The notes: generated by a model not told the origin, from the letters alone. DNA of 64,000 bases from Lentisphaeria bacterium (GCA_041690595.1 JAWLHB010000012.1:36785-100784); one strand, 5' to 3'. Positions 26,679 through 37,134 are shown, counted from the stretch's first letter. Translations and numbers: made by a program.

Positions 26679-28655
26679 TCACCCGCGAATGACGAGAATC
26701 TCGTGCACATGGACCCTTTCCAGCTGCGTCGAGAGCCAGCCGTCCGCATATCGCCAGTCAACCCGCCGCGCTCCGGGCTCAAGCGTCACCTGACGAGGTC
26801 GATCCTCGACGCGCACACGCACGGCCACCCCTTTGGCCGGCGGCACCTCTTCCACCAGGTGCAGACGATCCGTAAGTGTCGGATTCACGGCGCGATTCAC
26901 CACGTGCACGGCCAGGAAGCCATCGCCCCGGCGCAGAGTGACTTCAATGCTCGGTGACGAGCTGACCTCCACCCGCCGCTGTACGCTGTTTGCCTTCAGC
27001 AGCTCCGCGGCAAAGCGCCGCAGTCGCGGTTGATGGGAAAGATAGTAGGCGCGCATGATGCGGCCATGCACCGCCAGGATGCGCCCTTTTCCGATCTCGC
27101 GCATGGTTACCGCCGGATAAGCTGTCTCGTCCTTTCCCGGCTGCTGATTGGTCATGATGGAAACGCCTGCCACGGAATCCGTCATCCGCACTGGTTGCCA
27201 CGGACCGGCCAGTGCCGCGCATTCGCCATCGACCGGCAGATACCAGTTCCCGGCGACCAGCTCTCCGGCCGCCTCCACACCGACGAGGCGCGGACACATC
27301 GTCGCCAGATGCTCCCCGCTCATCAGGACAATTCCACCCGCCGCCGCATACCCTTCGAGCGCCGCCAGCATCTCGTCGGTCAGCTTCTCCTGCTCTCCCA
27401 CCACGATCAGCGCGTACCGGTCCATGCGCGCCAGCAGCCGGCTGTCGTCGAGCACATCCACATGATACTGATTCTCGACAAGAAGGTGCAGCGCTCCCTC
27501 GGCGCCGAAGTGGCTCTCACCAAGACAGAACGGCATGGGATTGTGAGCCCAGACGTGGCCGTCGCTCAGGAGTACCGCCGCTTCCGGCACGGATTCTGTC
27601 CGCAGGGAGAACGCTTCGCGAGCGCGACAGAAGCGGGCAACCTCCGCGAGAATGTCCTGATGCCAGGCGGTAAGCCAGCCGCTGCGCTGCGGCTGGTTGT
27701 AGATGAAGACCGCGCCACCACACGAGAGAACCTCGGCGCTCTCCTGGCAGAGATGGGTCACCGACTTGATCTGCCACGGCAACTCCTGGCTGGGGCGGCA
27801 GAAGGCCCATGCCATGAGATTCCAGGGCATGCCATGCCCGTCGATGTAGCGCCCTTCCATCTCCGCCCGTTCACATCCGAAGGAGGGCGTGAAATCGCCG
27901 GAGAGATAATCCACCGATACCGTCACCTCGCCAGGTTGGCGCATCGAGTACATCCAGTTGCTGCAGACCGCGCAGGAGGGTTTGTGCGCGTGGACAGCGT
28001 CGACATACTGCCGCACGTACTCCACAAAGGTGTCGCGTTGAAAGGCGCGCCATGTCGGCCACGCTTCATGCTCCTGAGTCTCGGGTGGCGTGTCGAGACC
28101 AGTGCGGCGCAGGAACTCGGCGCGGCAGCGCTCGCAGTAGCAGTCACGCACGGCCCAGTTGTCGCCATCTACCCAGAATCCATCGACATCGTAGCGATCG
28201 ATGAGCTCGATCATCTGGGGAATCATCAACTCGTGGAGGTAGGGGCCGCGGGGACAGACGATGCCGCTGTCATTCGCTCTGGGCTGGATCGGCTCTCCGT
28301 GGCAATCGAGTGCCGCCCATTCGGGATGCAGCTCGACGGCACGGCTGTCCCAGATCCCCGAATAGTGTACAGAGAGGGGGATTCCGAGATCTCGCGTCAC
28401 GTCGCGATGGATGCGCAATGCGTCCCTGACAATGCCCGGCGAAGGCGAACCGACGCGGGTCGGCCAGCTGGCATAGCCCGGATGCCCCTTGCAGTCGCAC
28501 TGCACGAAATCAGGGGCCACCTTCTGGAGCTGCTCACGCAGATGCTCGTGCGTCAACTCTGCACCAAGCTGCGTATCGGCAGCGCCTGCATGCAGATCGT
28601 AATGCAGCCCGAAGGCCACCCTTTTCCACCAGCCATCGCGTCCGGGTGTCGTCAT
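26679..28655 (-). CDS. GH29-like alpha-L-fucosidase
   Basis: FVQCDCKGHPGYASWPT...RDALRIHRDVTRDLGIPLSVHYSGIWD parallels the GH29 Y-V-V-L-T-x-K-H-H-D-G-F/W-P-S...R-D-L-V...Y-Y-S-x-x-D-W pattern. ATG at 28655 preferred over GTG 28769, whose extra codons are AT-rich. Confidence 0.55.
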   Translation of the reverse strand: MTTPGRDGWWKRVAFGLHYDLHAGAADTQLGAELTHEHLREQLQKVAPDFVQCDCKGHPGYASWPTRVGSPSPGIVRDALRIHRDVTRDLGIPLSVHYSGIWDSRAVELHPEWAALDCHGEPIQPRANDSGIVCPRGPYLHELMIPQMIELIDRYDVDGFWVDGDNWAVRDCYCERCRAEFLRRTGLDTPPETQEHEAWPTWRAFQRDTFVEYVRQYVDAVHAHKPSCAVCSNWMYSMRQPGEVTVSVDYLSGDFTPSFGCERAEMEGRYIDGHGMPWNLMAWAFCRPSQELPWQIKSVTHLCQESAEVLSCGGAVFIYNQPQRSGWLTAWHQDILAEVARFCRAREAFSLRTESVPEAAVLLSDGHVWAHNPMPFCLGESHFGAEGALHLLVENQYHVDVLDDSRLLARMDRYALIVVGEQEKLTDEMLAALEGYAAAGGIVLMSGEHLATMCPRLVGVEAAGELVAGNWYLPVDGECAALAGPWQPVRMTDSVAGVSIMTNQQPGKDETAYPAVTMREIGKGRILAVHGRIMRAYYLSHQPRLRRFAAELLKANSVQRRVEVSSSPSIEVTLRRGDGFLAVHVVNRAVNPTLTDRLHLVEEVPPAKGVAVRVRVEDRPRQVTLEPGARRVDWRYADGWLSTQLERVHVHEILVIRG

Positions 28656-28844
28656 TCTTGCTTTCCATGTCAACAGGTTGGGTCGTTCAAACAACGCTTC
28701 CACCCGGTACAATAACGTCTCCCCCCCTGCCCACAATGAAGGAATCGAAAATCCCGAAAATCCATCCACTCATTGAATTGCGGGGCTCACCGCGGCTAAA
28801 CTATTCCGCCGATCTGGAACCAGCACCTGAACAGGGAGATACGG

Positions 28845-29684
28845 ATGAGAGGAATGCAGGATCGTCTCGATGAATACCGGGAGCAAGGGTACACCATCTT
28901 CAGCCAGCTCTTCGATGCGGCAACGCTCCACCGCTGGCGCGACGCGTTCCCTGACCTTGCCGCCCGGTCGACCCCACCCGGCGGCAGCCCGCCAATCTGG
29001 TTGCGCAACTGCATCGAACTCTCCCCGAACCTCTTTCTCCACGCCGTCGCGCATCCGGAACTGCTGGACTTTGCGGAGGCGGTCATGGGCCCTTTCGTGC
29101 AGTTGGACAACCTGACCTTTGTCGCCTTCCCCTCAGTAAGTCACGATGAGGCCAGGGGCAAAGTCAGCGGGTGGCACCGGGATATCTGGGCCGAAGTGCC
29201 GCGGACGACGGACTACACGCGTCCCCTCGCCTGCAACGCCATCTGCTATCTGCAGGATATGACGCCGGAATACGGCCCCCTCCGCGTCATCCCCGGTTCG
29301 CATCGGCGCCCCACTCTCATTGCCGGAGACGCAAGACAACGTCCACACCCAGACGAAATCTGCGTGCCCGTCAAAGCTGGCGATGTCGTCTTCACCCATA
29401 ACGGGCTGCTGCACAGCGGCACCCCCAACACCACCGGGAAGCCGCGCTTCTTCTTCAGCATCTACTACAACCTGGTCTGGCTCAAACACCGCGACAACCA
29501 CAGCGGCTTCTGCACCCAGCAGATTGTCGAAAGCGCCCGAAAACGCAACGACCGTCGCCTCATGCGGCTCTTTGGCGTCGACGATTGCTTCATCCACCGA
29601 GCCAATAGCGGCTTCTGCGTGCCCGACGAAGAGCAGTGGCAGAAATGGAGCGACGAGGACCGCGCCGTCCTGCGCCAGGAGTGA
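28845..29684 (+). CDS. Phytanoyl-CoA dioxygenase (PhyH)-family Fe(II)/2-oxoglutarate oxygenase
   Basis: GWHRDIW (HxD), RVIPGSHR, HNGLLHSGTPN motifs. GGGAG lies 8 nt upstream of the ATG. Confidence 0.7.
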   Translation: MRGMQDRLDEYREQGYTIFSQLFDAATLHRWRDAFPDLAARSTPPGGSPPIWLRNCIELSPNLFLHAVAHPELLDFAEAVMGPFVQLDNLTFVAFPSVSHDEARGKVSGWHRDIWAEVPRTTDYTRPLACNAICYLQDMTPEYGPLRVIPGSHRRPTLIAGDARQRPHPDEICVPVKAGDVVFTHNGLLHSGTPNTTGKPRFFFSIYYNLVWLKHRDNHSGFCTQQIVESARKRNDRRLMRLFGVDDCFIHRANSGFCVPDEEQWQKWSDEDRAVLRQE

Positions 29685-29700
29685 TTCGCACTCTCGCCAG

Positions 29701-30984
29701 TCAGGATGTCTGCAATTGCCACCAGCTCCAGAGCCAATGGGTGACGGCATCGCCGCTGTAGACGTGGCGCATCCAGGCCAGCTCGTCCGGAAACTGTCGC
29801 CCATCCATATCCACAAACCAGAAGAGCCGATCGCCGGAGAGCTTTTCCAGAATATGCCGCGCCATCTCCCTGCCGCCGCACTCTGGCAGCCACGCCTCGA
29901 TGCCGACCGCGGCTCGCGCGAACATGGCCGCATGCATGGCTGAGCGGATCCAACCGACGAAGCCAAAGTAGCGCCAGTGGTCGTGCGTGGGAAGGTGCAG
30001 GAGCTGGCGGACCTCCTCGATCCTTCCCGTGGCGGGTTCATAAAGGGCAGCGCCCATGGCATTGCCGTCGTCGGCTATCCAGCGGCGATCCCGTTCGTAC
30101 ATGGCCTCCACCTTCCGCAACCAAAGCTGACGATGCGGGGCATCATGCTTGAGCAGCGGCAGGAGGCTGACAAAGCCCGACTCGGTAGTCTCTGGGTTGA
30201 GGCGGATCAGGCGAGGAGCGCCAGCGACCTCGAAGGGGAAAGCGGGCGGGCGCGACTGGGCATCCGCCAGCACCTCATCCCAGGTGAGTTCGCCATACGG
30301 CAGACGCTCCGTCACGGCCGGCAGGCGGCACAGGCGTTCGAACTCATCGCGAAATTCCACCTCGCCGCTGTGCACCCAGGCGAGCCAGGCAAATCCGGGA
30401 AAGCGCGCCAACGGCCATTGCAGAGGCTGACCGAAATAGGGGTAAGCGTAATTCTTACGCATCCAGAAGCGCACCATCTGCGTGATCATCGCGCGGCACT
30501 GATCGGCCTCCTCGGGGATCGCATGGGGAAGGAAGTCGTCCAGGGCATTGAGGGTGTAGATGTACTGGTCGCTGGAAATTTCGTGGCTGAGCCTGCCTCC
30601 GTAGCACTTGCAGTAGAAGCCTTCCTCGACCGCCTGCGACAAATTGTACAGCCAGCAGATGCCGCGAAAGGTCCGTCGCGCCCGCGCCAGAGCCTGCTCT
30701 TCGCCGGTGGCATCGTACTTGCAGAGCATCGCCGACAGGTAGGCGCCCGAGCACATGCCCACGTTTTCGTAGCCAATGTAGTCAGCAAAGTCGTCCCAGC
30801 TACGGCCTGGATACTCGTGAATATTGCATCCGTCGAAGTCTCCAGGCTGGAAGGGCGCCCTGCTCCGCATATCCATGGCGGAGCGGACCAGGCCGCGAGC
30901 ATCGACGAGGCAATTCTCGACTTCCGCTTCGAATTCAGCGGCACGCTGAGGCAGGACGGCACGCTGAGGCAAGACGATACTCAT
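29701..30984 (-). CDS. Hypothetical protein (427 aa). Its N-terminus carries a tandem in-frame 6-aa duplication (VLPQRA x2)
   Basis: ORF with protein-like composition. 4-bp overlap (ATGA) with the upstream DUF4838-like gene suggests co-transcription. Confidence 0.6.
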   Translation of the reverse strand: MSIVLPQRAVLPQRAAEFEAEVENCLVDARGLVRSAMDMRSRAPFQPGDFDGCNIHEYPGRSWDDFADYIGYENVGMCSGAYLSAMLCKYDATGEEQALARARRTFRGICWLYNLSQAVEEGFYCKCYGGRLSHEISSDQYIYTLNALDDFLPHAIPEEADQCRAMITQMVRFWMRKNYAYPYFGQPLQWPLARFPGFAWLAWVHSGEVEFRDEFERLCRLPAVTERLPYGELTWDEVLADAQSRPPAFPFEVAGAPRLIRLNPETTESGFVSLLPLLKHDAPHRQLWLRKVEAMYERDRRWIADDGNAMGAALYEPATGRIEEVRQLLHLPTHDHWRYFGFVGWIRSAMHAAMFARAAVGIEAWLPECGGREMARHILEKLSGDRLFWFVDMDGRQFPDELAWMRHVYSGDAVTHWLWSWWQLQTS

Positions 30985-33587
30985 TCGGCAGCCACCAGCT
31001 TGCGAAATGAGACATCGTCCACATGAATCGTCTCGTCATCGTGGAGGGAGCTGACGAGGATGAAGAGGACGGCCGTGGCGGCGCCGTCGGGAATTCTGGC
31101 GAGGCATTGCAGGGGAACCCAGCGGTTCAGCTCGTTGCATTCGTCAGCGAAACGGATGCCTTGCTGAGTCCACCGTCCGTTCGCGTCGAGCCAGCGCACT
31201 TCGAGCTTCACCTTCGGCTTGTCTTCGCGCGTAACCTCGGCGCTGTTCATCACCTGAGCTTCTACGAGATAGGTTTCACCCGGCTGCACGCCGGGAACCG
31301 TGGTGATATAGCAGCCGTCGCCGATGCCGCGGATGCGGCCGGCGCGCTCACCGCCGTGGGTCATGTCCGTGGCAACGTCGAATGCGCCCGTGTCGAAGAC
31401 CCGCTGCCAGTAGGTCCAGCCGTGGGCCGGAGAGGGGCGCCAATCGAGGTTCGGCGGGAAGTCGAACTCTTGCGCCAGCTCTTCGAAACCGGGATTGACG
31501 ACCAGATTGTCGCCGGTAGCCAGTCTTCCGGCAAGGTAGCTGAAGGTCATCTCGCGAAGGTCGTCCGCGGCGAAGGCGACGACCTGGCGCGCGATCTTCT
31601 CCCGCACGCGTGGATCGAAGCTCGCCTCACGGGCATGCAGATCGGCCAGCGCTGGAGCAATGGCGCTGCCGACCTTCTGCTTCCACGCCTCGCGCACGGC
31701 GACGCAGGTGTCACTGAGGTAGCGTCGCGAATGGGACGGATCGCTGGCAATCGTCTCCCGGTAGAGCTGCTCATGTCGCCGCAGGATAACGTCGATCTTC
31801 TCCAAACATTGGAGCTGCTGCAGCGCGGCGACGTCGTCTGTGGGCGCCTCGCCAAGGCGATCAGCCAGGCAAAGTGCGTCGAGCATGTCAAGAAAGAGCA
31901 TGAGTCCGCGACTGACATAGGCAACCCGCTGCGCCTCCTTCCCCTTCTGCCCATTATAGCCGATGCTGACGCCCTCGACAGCGGCGTGGGCAGCCTCCAG
32001 CAACTGTCGCATCTTCGCCAGATCGGTGGCGGTGTAGGGTCGGAACTGATCCAGCTTGTAGTGTTCGTAGAGAAAACCACCGGAGCGCGGCCGCAAGTGA
32101 ATCTCCTCGAAAAGGGCGTAGAGACTTGCCATCGGCGCCGCGGCCGGACCGAAGAGAGTGGTGAAATACTCATCGAGCAGGGCATCCACATCCAGAGTCA
32201 CATCCCAGAGCAGGCGCATCTCGACATACCCCATGGGGCCGCGCCAGGGCCAGCCGGGCGCCGATTCGCTGTGGATGTTGGTGAAGCCACGCTCGTGCTT
32301 GTCCTTCAATTGCCGATCGAGCAGGTGCGGAAAATAGGCCGGCACCAGCTTGGCAAGGCCGGTGTAGTAGTACAGGCCCATCGTGATCCCCTTCTCCTGC
32401 CATCCCTCGACCAACTCGGCATCGCGGGCGCGAAGCTCCGCATCGAAATACTCGGAGATATCGTTCACCAGCACGACATGCACATTCTTCTCCATCGGTC
32501 CGACGGGCGGCGGCGTCACGTCGTTGTAAGCGATCAGGCCGATGTAGCGATCGGGAAACTCCGCATGCACGCGCCGAGCAACTTCGTTGACGAAGTGGTA
32601 GTACATGTCCGACGCCACCCGAGCCTTGCGAAAGGTGCGCTCCGGCTGAAGGTTGGCGCATGACTCGCAGTCGCAGATGGCCGCCGAATCATTAATCCCC
32701 AGAGAGAAGGAATGATGATACGGTCTGGAGCGGAAGTAAGCGCGTGCCGCCTCGGCGGCAATCTCGATGACCTCCTCGTTCGACCAACAGATAGCGAAAT
32801 GGTGGGATTGCCGATCCGCGCGCGTACGCTTGCCGTTACGCATCGCATAATACTCCGGATGCTCTTCATAGTAGCGGCTCGGCGGAAAGAGTCGCCACAC
32901 GTTGTGGCTGGAGTTGCCAAAGGGCTCGCCCGTATCCTGAAACTCCTTCCCCCGCATCCGGCGAGCCCAACGATAGGCCGGATGCTCGATCCGCGAGTCG
33001 AAGCTCACGGTGCGGCCGGCGAAGGAAGGCTCCACCCGTTTGTCCAGCGCGCCGATCGCAAGGGAAGCCTGCCTCGGCACGACGGTGAAGAGGCTCTGTG
33101 GGCCAAACCAGCGCACTCCCAACTCATCCTGCAGAAATCCATAGACGCCGTTGGCCGTACCTTTGCTCGACGAGCCGAAGATCAGCAGGTCGCTGCCGAC
33201 CGTTCGGTAAACGTAGGCGGGATACGGGAGCCCGGCAGCTTCCTCCTGCAGCCCGTACTCCTCGACTGCCGCCGTTCCCAGCAGAATCCGGACAGGGGCT
33301 TTGGCCGCGGCGATCTCCGGCACCACCTTTACCTGGAACTTGGGGTTCCAGATTGCCGCCATCTCGTCCAGGTGCGCGGCCAGCTCCGCGGCGGCATCTC
33401 CCACCACCTTTGCCGGCAAGGAATAGTGGATCTCGGAGAAGGCCATGGTGGCGATCAGGCTGATGCCGTCCTCCTTGCCGGTTACGATCACGCATTGTGC
33501 CTTTCCCTCGGATGCGAGGAGCAGCTCTTCGGCACCGGCAACCGTATGCAGGGCCAGGGTCAGAAGCAGTATCATCCATCGATTCAT
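30981..33587 (-). CDS. DUF4838-like putative glycoside hydrolase with C-terminal CBM-like beta-sandwich domain. Secreted
   Basis: Signal peptide MNRWMILLLTLALHTVAGAEE from ATG 33587. The C-terminal NPGFEE...W...sandwich resembles CBM4/9-type modules. The track ORF starts 67 codons upstream in non-protein-like sequence. Confidence 0.55.
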   Translation of the reverse strand: MNRWMILLLTLALHTVAGAEELLLASEGKAQCVIVTGKEDGISLIATMAFSEIHYSLPAKVVGDAAAELAAHLDEMAAIWNPKFQVKVVPEIAAAKAPVRILLGTAAVEEYGLQEEAAGLPYPAYVYRTVGSDLLIFGSSSKGTANGVYGFLQDELGVRWFGPQSLFTVVPRQASLAIGALDKRVEPSFAGRTVSFDSRIEHPAYRWARRMRGKEFQDTGEPFGNSSHNVWRLFPPSRYYEEHPEYYAMRNGKRTRADRQSHHFAICWSNEEVIEIAAEAARAYFRSRPYHHSFSLGINDSAAICDCESCANLQPERTFRKARVASDMYYHFVNEVARRVHAEFPDRYIGLIAYNDVTPPPVGPMEKNVHVVLVNDISEYFDAELRARDAELVEGWQEKGITMGLYYYTGLAKLVPAYFPHLLDRQLKDKHERGFTNIHSESAPGWPWRGPMGYVEMRLLWDVTLDVDALLDEYFTTLFGPAAAPMASLYALFEEIHLRPRSGGFLYEHYKLDQFRPYTATDLAKMRQLLEAAHAAVEGVSIGYNGQKGKEAQRVAYVSRGLMLFLDMLDALCLADRLGEAPTDDVAALQQLQCLEKIDVILRRHEQLYRETIASDPSHSRRYLSDTCVAVREAWKQKVGSAIAPALADLHAREASFDPRVREKIARQVVAFAADDLREMTFSYLAGRLATGDNLVVNPGFEELAQEFDFPPNLDWRPSPAHGWTYWQRVFDTGAFDVATDMTHGGERAGRIRGIGDGCYITTVPGVQPGETYLVEAQVMNSAEVTREDKPKVKLEVRWLDANGRWTQQGIRFADECNELNRWVPLQCLARIPDGAATAVLFILVSSLHDDETIHVDDVSFRKLVAAE

Positions 33588-33612
33588 CACAGATTTCTCT
33601 CCACGTTGAGCT

Positions 33613-34320
33613 TCAGTCCAGTTCCAAGGTAAAATCCGCGGCAGCGACGTCAGTGGAGCGCACCGCGCCCACATGCCCCCCCACCCGCAGCAGGACGACA
33701 CGATTGCTATGGCGCGCGCCGTAAGTCTGCAGGGCGATCTGCAGAGTGGCGGAGGCGGGAATGCCGCTGTAGCCGAGGAGATAACCACGATAGTCCATCA
33801 TCCAGATAGTGTCGGTATCGGCAATGTGGGAATCCTTGGCAATGTCATTCGGATAGGGAGCGATGGGATTGAGATAGTTGCAGGGAGGGGTCTCTTTGTC
33901 GCCGGGCTGGCGATGGTAATCGACATTATTCAAGGCATAGGACATGGCGGGCATCGTGCTCCAGCGTTCCCACACCTGATACGGCCCAAAGCTGTCGGTC
34001 AGGGTGTAGGAGACCACCTCCTTGACCTCAGGGCAGCGACGGATGTCATCGCTTGCCCCTTCGCTCTTGAGCTTCTCCGTATACCGCTCCTGAGGCTCGA
34101 AAGTTGGCCAGATCGAGAGGTTGGTGCTGACAAAGTAGCCGTCACTTCCGCCCATGTAGGATAGATGAGCCAGGCCCCACTGCCGAAGGTTGTTGATGCA
34201 GGAGGTGGTTCGTGCGGCTGTTCGTGCCTTGGTCAACGCGGGAAGCAGCAGAGAAGCCAGTATGGCAATAATAGCGACCACCACAAGTAATTCGATCAAG
34301 GTGAAGTGAAACTTACGCAT
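33613..34320 (-). CDS. Prepilin-type N-terminal cleavage/methylation-domain protein, DUF1559-like (PVC-group pseudopilin-like)
   Basis: [33 protein letters not shown]..., C-terminal H-x9-GG-H (variant of H-X9-DG). AGGAGG lies 9 nt upstream of ATG 34320. The track ORF is extended 26 codons. Confidence 0.8.
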   Translation of the reverse strand: MRKFHFTLIELLVVVAIIAILASLLLPALTKARTAARTTSCINNLRQWGLAHLSYMGGSDGYFVSTNLSIWPTFEPQERYTEKLKSEGASDDIRRCPEVKEVVSYTLTDSFGPYQVWERWSTMPAMSYALNNVDYHRQPGDKETPPCNYLNPIAPYPNDIAKDSHIADTDTIWMMDYRGYLLGYSGIPASATLQIALQTYGARHSNRVVLLRVGGHVGAVRSTDVAAADFTLELD

Positions 34321-35431
34321 GGGAGGGTTCCTCCTGCTGGGCAGTGGGTTCGACGATGTGAGGTGGCAGGTACTCTTCGGTGGCCGCCGATCTGTCACCC
34401 TCGATCAGGGCCACAACTTTTCGTGCTGCGCGACGACCGATCTCGACCATCGGCCGCATCACATAGGGAAACGGACGCACGTCGCCGACCATGGCACGCG
34501 GCCCGAGGTCGTAACCGATCCACTCCAGCGACGTGCCACGCTCGCGCGCGAATCGGTCCAGGTAGAAGGGAAAACGCCCCGACGTGACAATCGCAGTCTG
34601 ATTCCGCAGGGAGTCGAGCATCTGATGGGTCGCCGCCAACGCCAGTTCATCGTTGACACCGGCGAGACTGTGGACTGGCAATTGCAGCGGAGAATGTGAA
34701 GGTTCGGCTCCATGATCGGCCATGGCGCGGCAGTACCCACGATACCGCAATCGGCCGATGCGATCGCCAGTGCTGGAGAAGTAATGAATGCGCCGGTGGC
34801 CGCGTTGGAGCAGGTAACGGGTCGCCATGTAGCCCCCCGCTTCGTCGTCATTGCAGACACAGGGAATGCCGCCATCGGCGAAACAGCGATCCATCAGAAC
34901 CACTGGAAGGCCACCTTCATACAGCGCCAGAAGGTGGCGACGATTTCCGACCTCTCCGGTCTCCGCGCAATCGGGGGCCCGCCGAAAGCAGGGCTGCACC
35001 ACCAGGCCGTCCAGTGGTTTGGCCACAAGCTCTCGCAACTTGACGACTTCGCGCGTCACCAGGTCGCCGGAGACCGAGTAGACCAGGTGAAAGCCCGCCT
35101 CCTCCATCGCCTCTGCCGCCGCATCGGTGAGCGGCCCAGTGCTATAGGCATCCGTCACCGAGGCCAGCAGACCGCCGATCAGGTGCGATTTAACCCGGGA
35201 ATGCTGCCGGTCGGGGTCGAGCACACGATATCCCTTTCCTGGCACAGCCGCGATCAGGTCACGCTGCTTCAGCAGATCCAGCCCCAGCCGAATCGTCTCA
35301 CGGCTCACCGACAGCTTTCCCCCAAGCACCCGCTCGCCAGGCAGAAAACTCCCGGCTGCGTACGTCCCCCTCCGGATGCGATCCGCGAGTACTTCCGCCA
35401 CCTGTTCATACTTGGTTCTCAGTATCTGCAC
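34313..35431 (-). CDS. Transcriptional regulator: GntR-type N-terminal HTH plus LacI/periplasmic-binding-protein-like sugar-binding domain
   Basis: N-terminus [41 protein letters not shown] is GntR-like. The remainder resembles LacI-family ligand domains. Overlaps the start of the prepilin-like gene by 8 bp. Confidence 0.7.
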   Translation of the reverse strand: MQILRTKYEQVAEVLADRIRRGTYAAGSFLPGERVLGGKLSVSRETIRLGLDLLKQRDLIAAVPGKGYRVLDPDRQHSRVKSHLIGGLLASVTDAYSTGPLTDAAAEAMEEAGFHLVYSVSGDLVTREVVKLRELVAKPLDGLVVQPCFRRAPDCAETGEVGNRRHLLALYEGGLPVVLMDRCFADGGIPCVCNDDEAGGYMATRYLLQRGHRRIHYFSSTGDRIGRLRYRGYCRAMADHGAEPSHSPLQLPVHSLAGVNDELALAATHQMLDSLRNQTAIVTSGRFPFYLDRFARERGTSLEWIGYDLGPRAMVGDVRPFPYVMRPMVEIGRRAARKVVALIEGDRSAATEEYLPPHIVEPTAQQEEPSHA

Positions 35432-35575
35432 CGCAAACCCCCTTCTTGCCAGACCGGTCTGGTTTTGCTTCCGGTAGTATAGTCAGTGCAGATCGCAATG
35501 TCAACCGCAAGAATAAAATCGCCCGCACGCGTTTGATAACGTGCGGGCGTGACTGATGCAGAGGAAGTGGATGGA

Positions 35576-36817
35576 TCAACGGGCGACGTTGTCGGGGACG
35601 CTGTCTCTGGATCTCAACTCGTCGACCGGATGCTCACCTTCGGTCTCCAGCCGGTAATCCTCTCCGCCATTGTTTTCGATATGCTCGGAGATCACCTGCT
35701 GACTGGCAACGCTGCCATCGGCGTTGACCTTCTTCTGATACTTGAAGAAGCGATGGCTCTTGGGCAAATCCTCGACGGGAACATAGTCAGCCCCGTCCCC
35801 CGTCCAGTTCGTCTGCGCCGCTATGATCTCGCGCACATACTCCTTATTGGACTGGAAGCGGACCAGCTCCGGGAGCTCTGCCGGAAGCAGGTCTTCAGCC
35901 GAGCGCTTTTCGTGTTTTTCGAGCAGCTCGATATCGGCGTGCAAATGCCCGATCTCCATATCGAGCAGATGCTCCCACAGCTTCTTGATGCGGGAATCCG
36001 TCTCCGTCTCCATGCATGAGTAATAGAGGTAGGCCTCGTTGTAATCGTGCATGAGCCAGCGCTCCAGCCAGGAGGCGCTTGGATCGGCCAGAGACTCGTA
36101 GTGGGTGACATGCTGCTCCTCGATCTGCGCGATCTCCAGATACAGTCCGCGGCCAAGCTCCGATGGGTAGCGGTTGCCTACATTCATGTAGTAGTTCATC
36201 GTCTGCTGCTCTGCCGCCACAATCGTCATGACATGCATCTTGGTCAGGATATCGGCCTTGTCATTATCAATTGGCAGGCGCACATCATCGAAGGGGTGGC
36301 GATGCTCCGCGATGGTGGGGCGCCCCGGCATGATCTCCGTCAGCTCGCCGACCAGATCTTCCGCCAGGATGCCATCGTCCATCGCCAGCAGATTCGCGTA
36401 CCGGTAGAGATGGTCGAAGTCCTCCAGCAAGGCAAAATCGAGCGCCTGCTTGACCTTCTTGTCCGGCTCGGTACGGGCCAGCCATGCGGTAAGATCGACG
36501 GCCACCTGCTCATAGCCGATCGTTGCCTCGAGAATCGACTCGGCGGGCGGCAAAAGCCAGTTGACCATCTTCTGCTGTTGCTGCTCGAGGCGACGCGCCA
36601 TCGCCAGCTTTCGCTTGATGTCGCCATCGGTCTCGTGCCGCGCGAACTGGTGGAGGAAGAAAGCCGCCTCCACTTCGGCGCCATTCATCATGATGATGCG
36701 GGTGCGTGTATACGGATGAACGTCCGCGGGGTCGTACGGCTTGCTGTTCAGCTCGGCCCAGCTGTGGCCCTGTTTCTCCAGGGGTATGCCCTTCTCGTCA
36801 AGTGGATTGAAACCCAT
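35576..36817 (-). CDS. Ferritin-like superfamily (diiron-carboxylate-type) protein
   Basis: ExxH-type motifs (IEEQHVTHYE, MEIGHLHADIE) plus additional conserved Glu. ATG 36817 (MGFNPLDEKG) has GAGGAG 8 nt upstream. The track ORF is extended 31 codons. Confidence 0.5.
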   Translation of the reverse strand: MGFNPLDEKGIPLEKQGHSWAELNSKPYDPADVHPYTRTRIIMMNGAEVEAAFFLHQFARHETDGDIKRKLAMARRLEQQQQKMVNWLLPPAESILEATIGYEQVAVDLTAWLARTEPDKKVKQALDFALLEDFDHLYRYANLLAMDDGILAEDLVGELTEIMPGRPTIAEHRHPFDDVRLPIDNDKADILTKMHVMTIVAAEQQTMNYYMNVGNRYPSELGRGLYLEIAQIEEQHVTHYESLADPSASWLERWLMHDYNEAYLYYSCMETETDSRIKKLWEHLLDMEIGHLHADIELLEKHEKRSAEDLLPAELPELVRFQSNKEYVREIIAAQTNWTGDGADYVPVEDLPKSHRFFKYQKKVNADGSVASQQVISEHIENNGGEDYRLETEGEHPVDELRSRDSVPDNVAR

Positions 36818-37134
36818 GGCTCTGCTCCTCATAGGTAGATTTGCAACACTTGTGGCGATTGCCACTACTTCAATGTAGAAATGGTCACGACACGAAACCA
36901 AAGAAGGCAACCACCTGCCATACCCGAGGACGTTTTCTTCGCCTCAACTGGAGAGCTGGCGACCACGATCCCGACGATCCGGAAAATGTGAACGTTGCCA
37001 CGAAAGCAGTTCGCCCCCCAGCCATCCTGGCAGCTGATGAAGCCTCGCACGCGGGCGCTTGATAATGAGGCCCGCTCTGGCATATTGACTGCCTGCAATC
37101 AGCCAGTTACACACCTTCAGCATAAGGATCGACC

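Noticed and set aside
27030-28715. 561-aa + strand ORF
   Set aside because: It is antisense to the GH29-like gene, whose conserved family motifs are on the minus strand.
31023-32663. 546-aa + strand ORF
   Set aside because: It is antisense to the DUF4838-like gene, which has a signal peptide and domain-like sequence on the minus strand.
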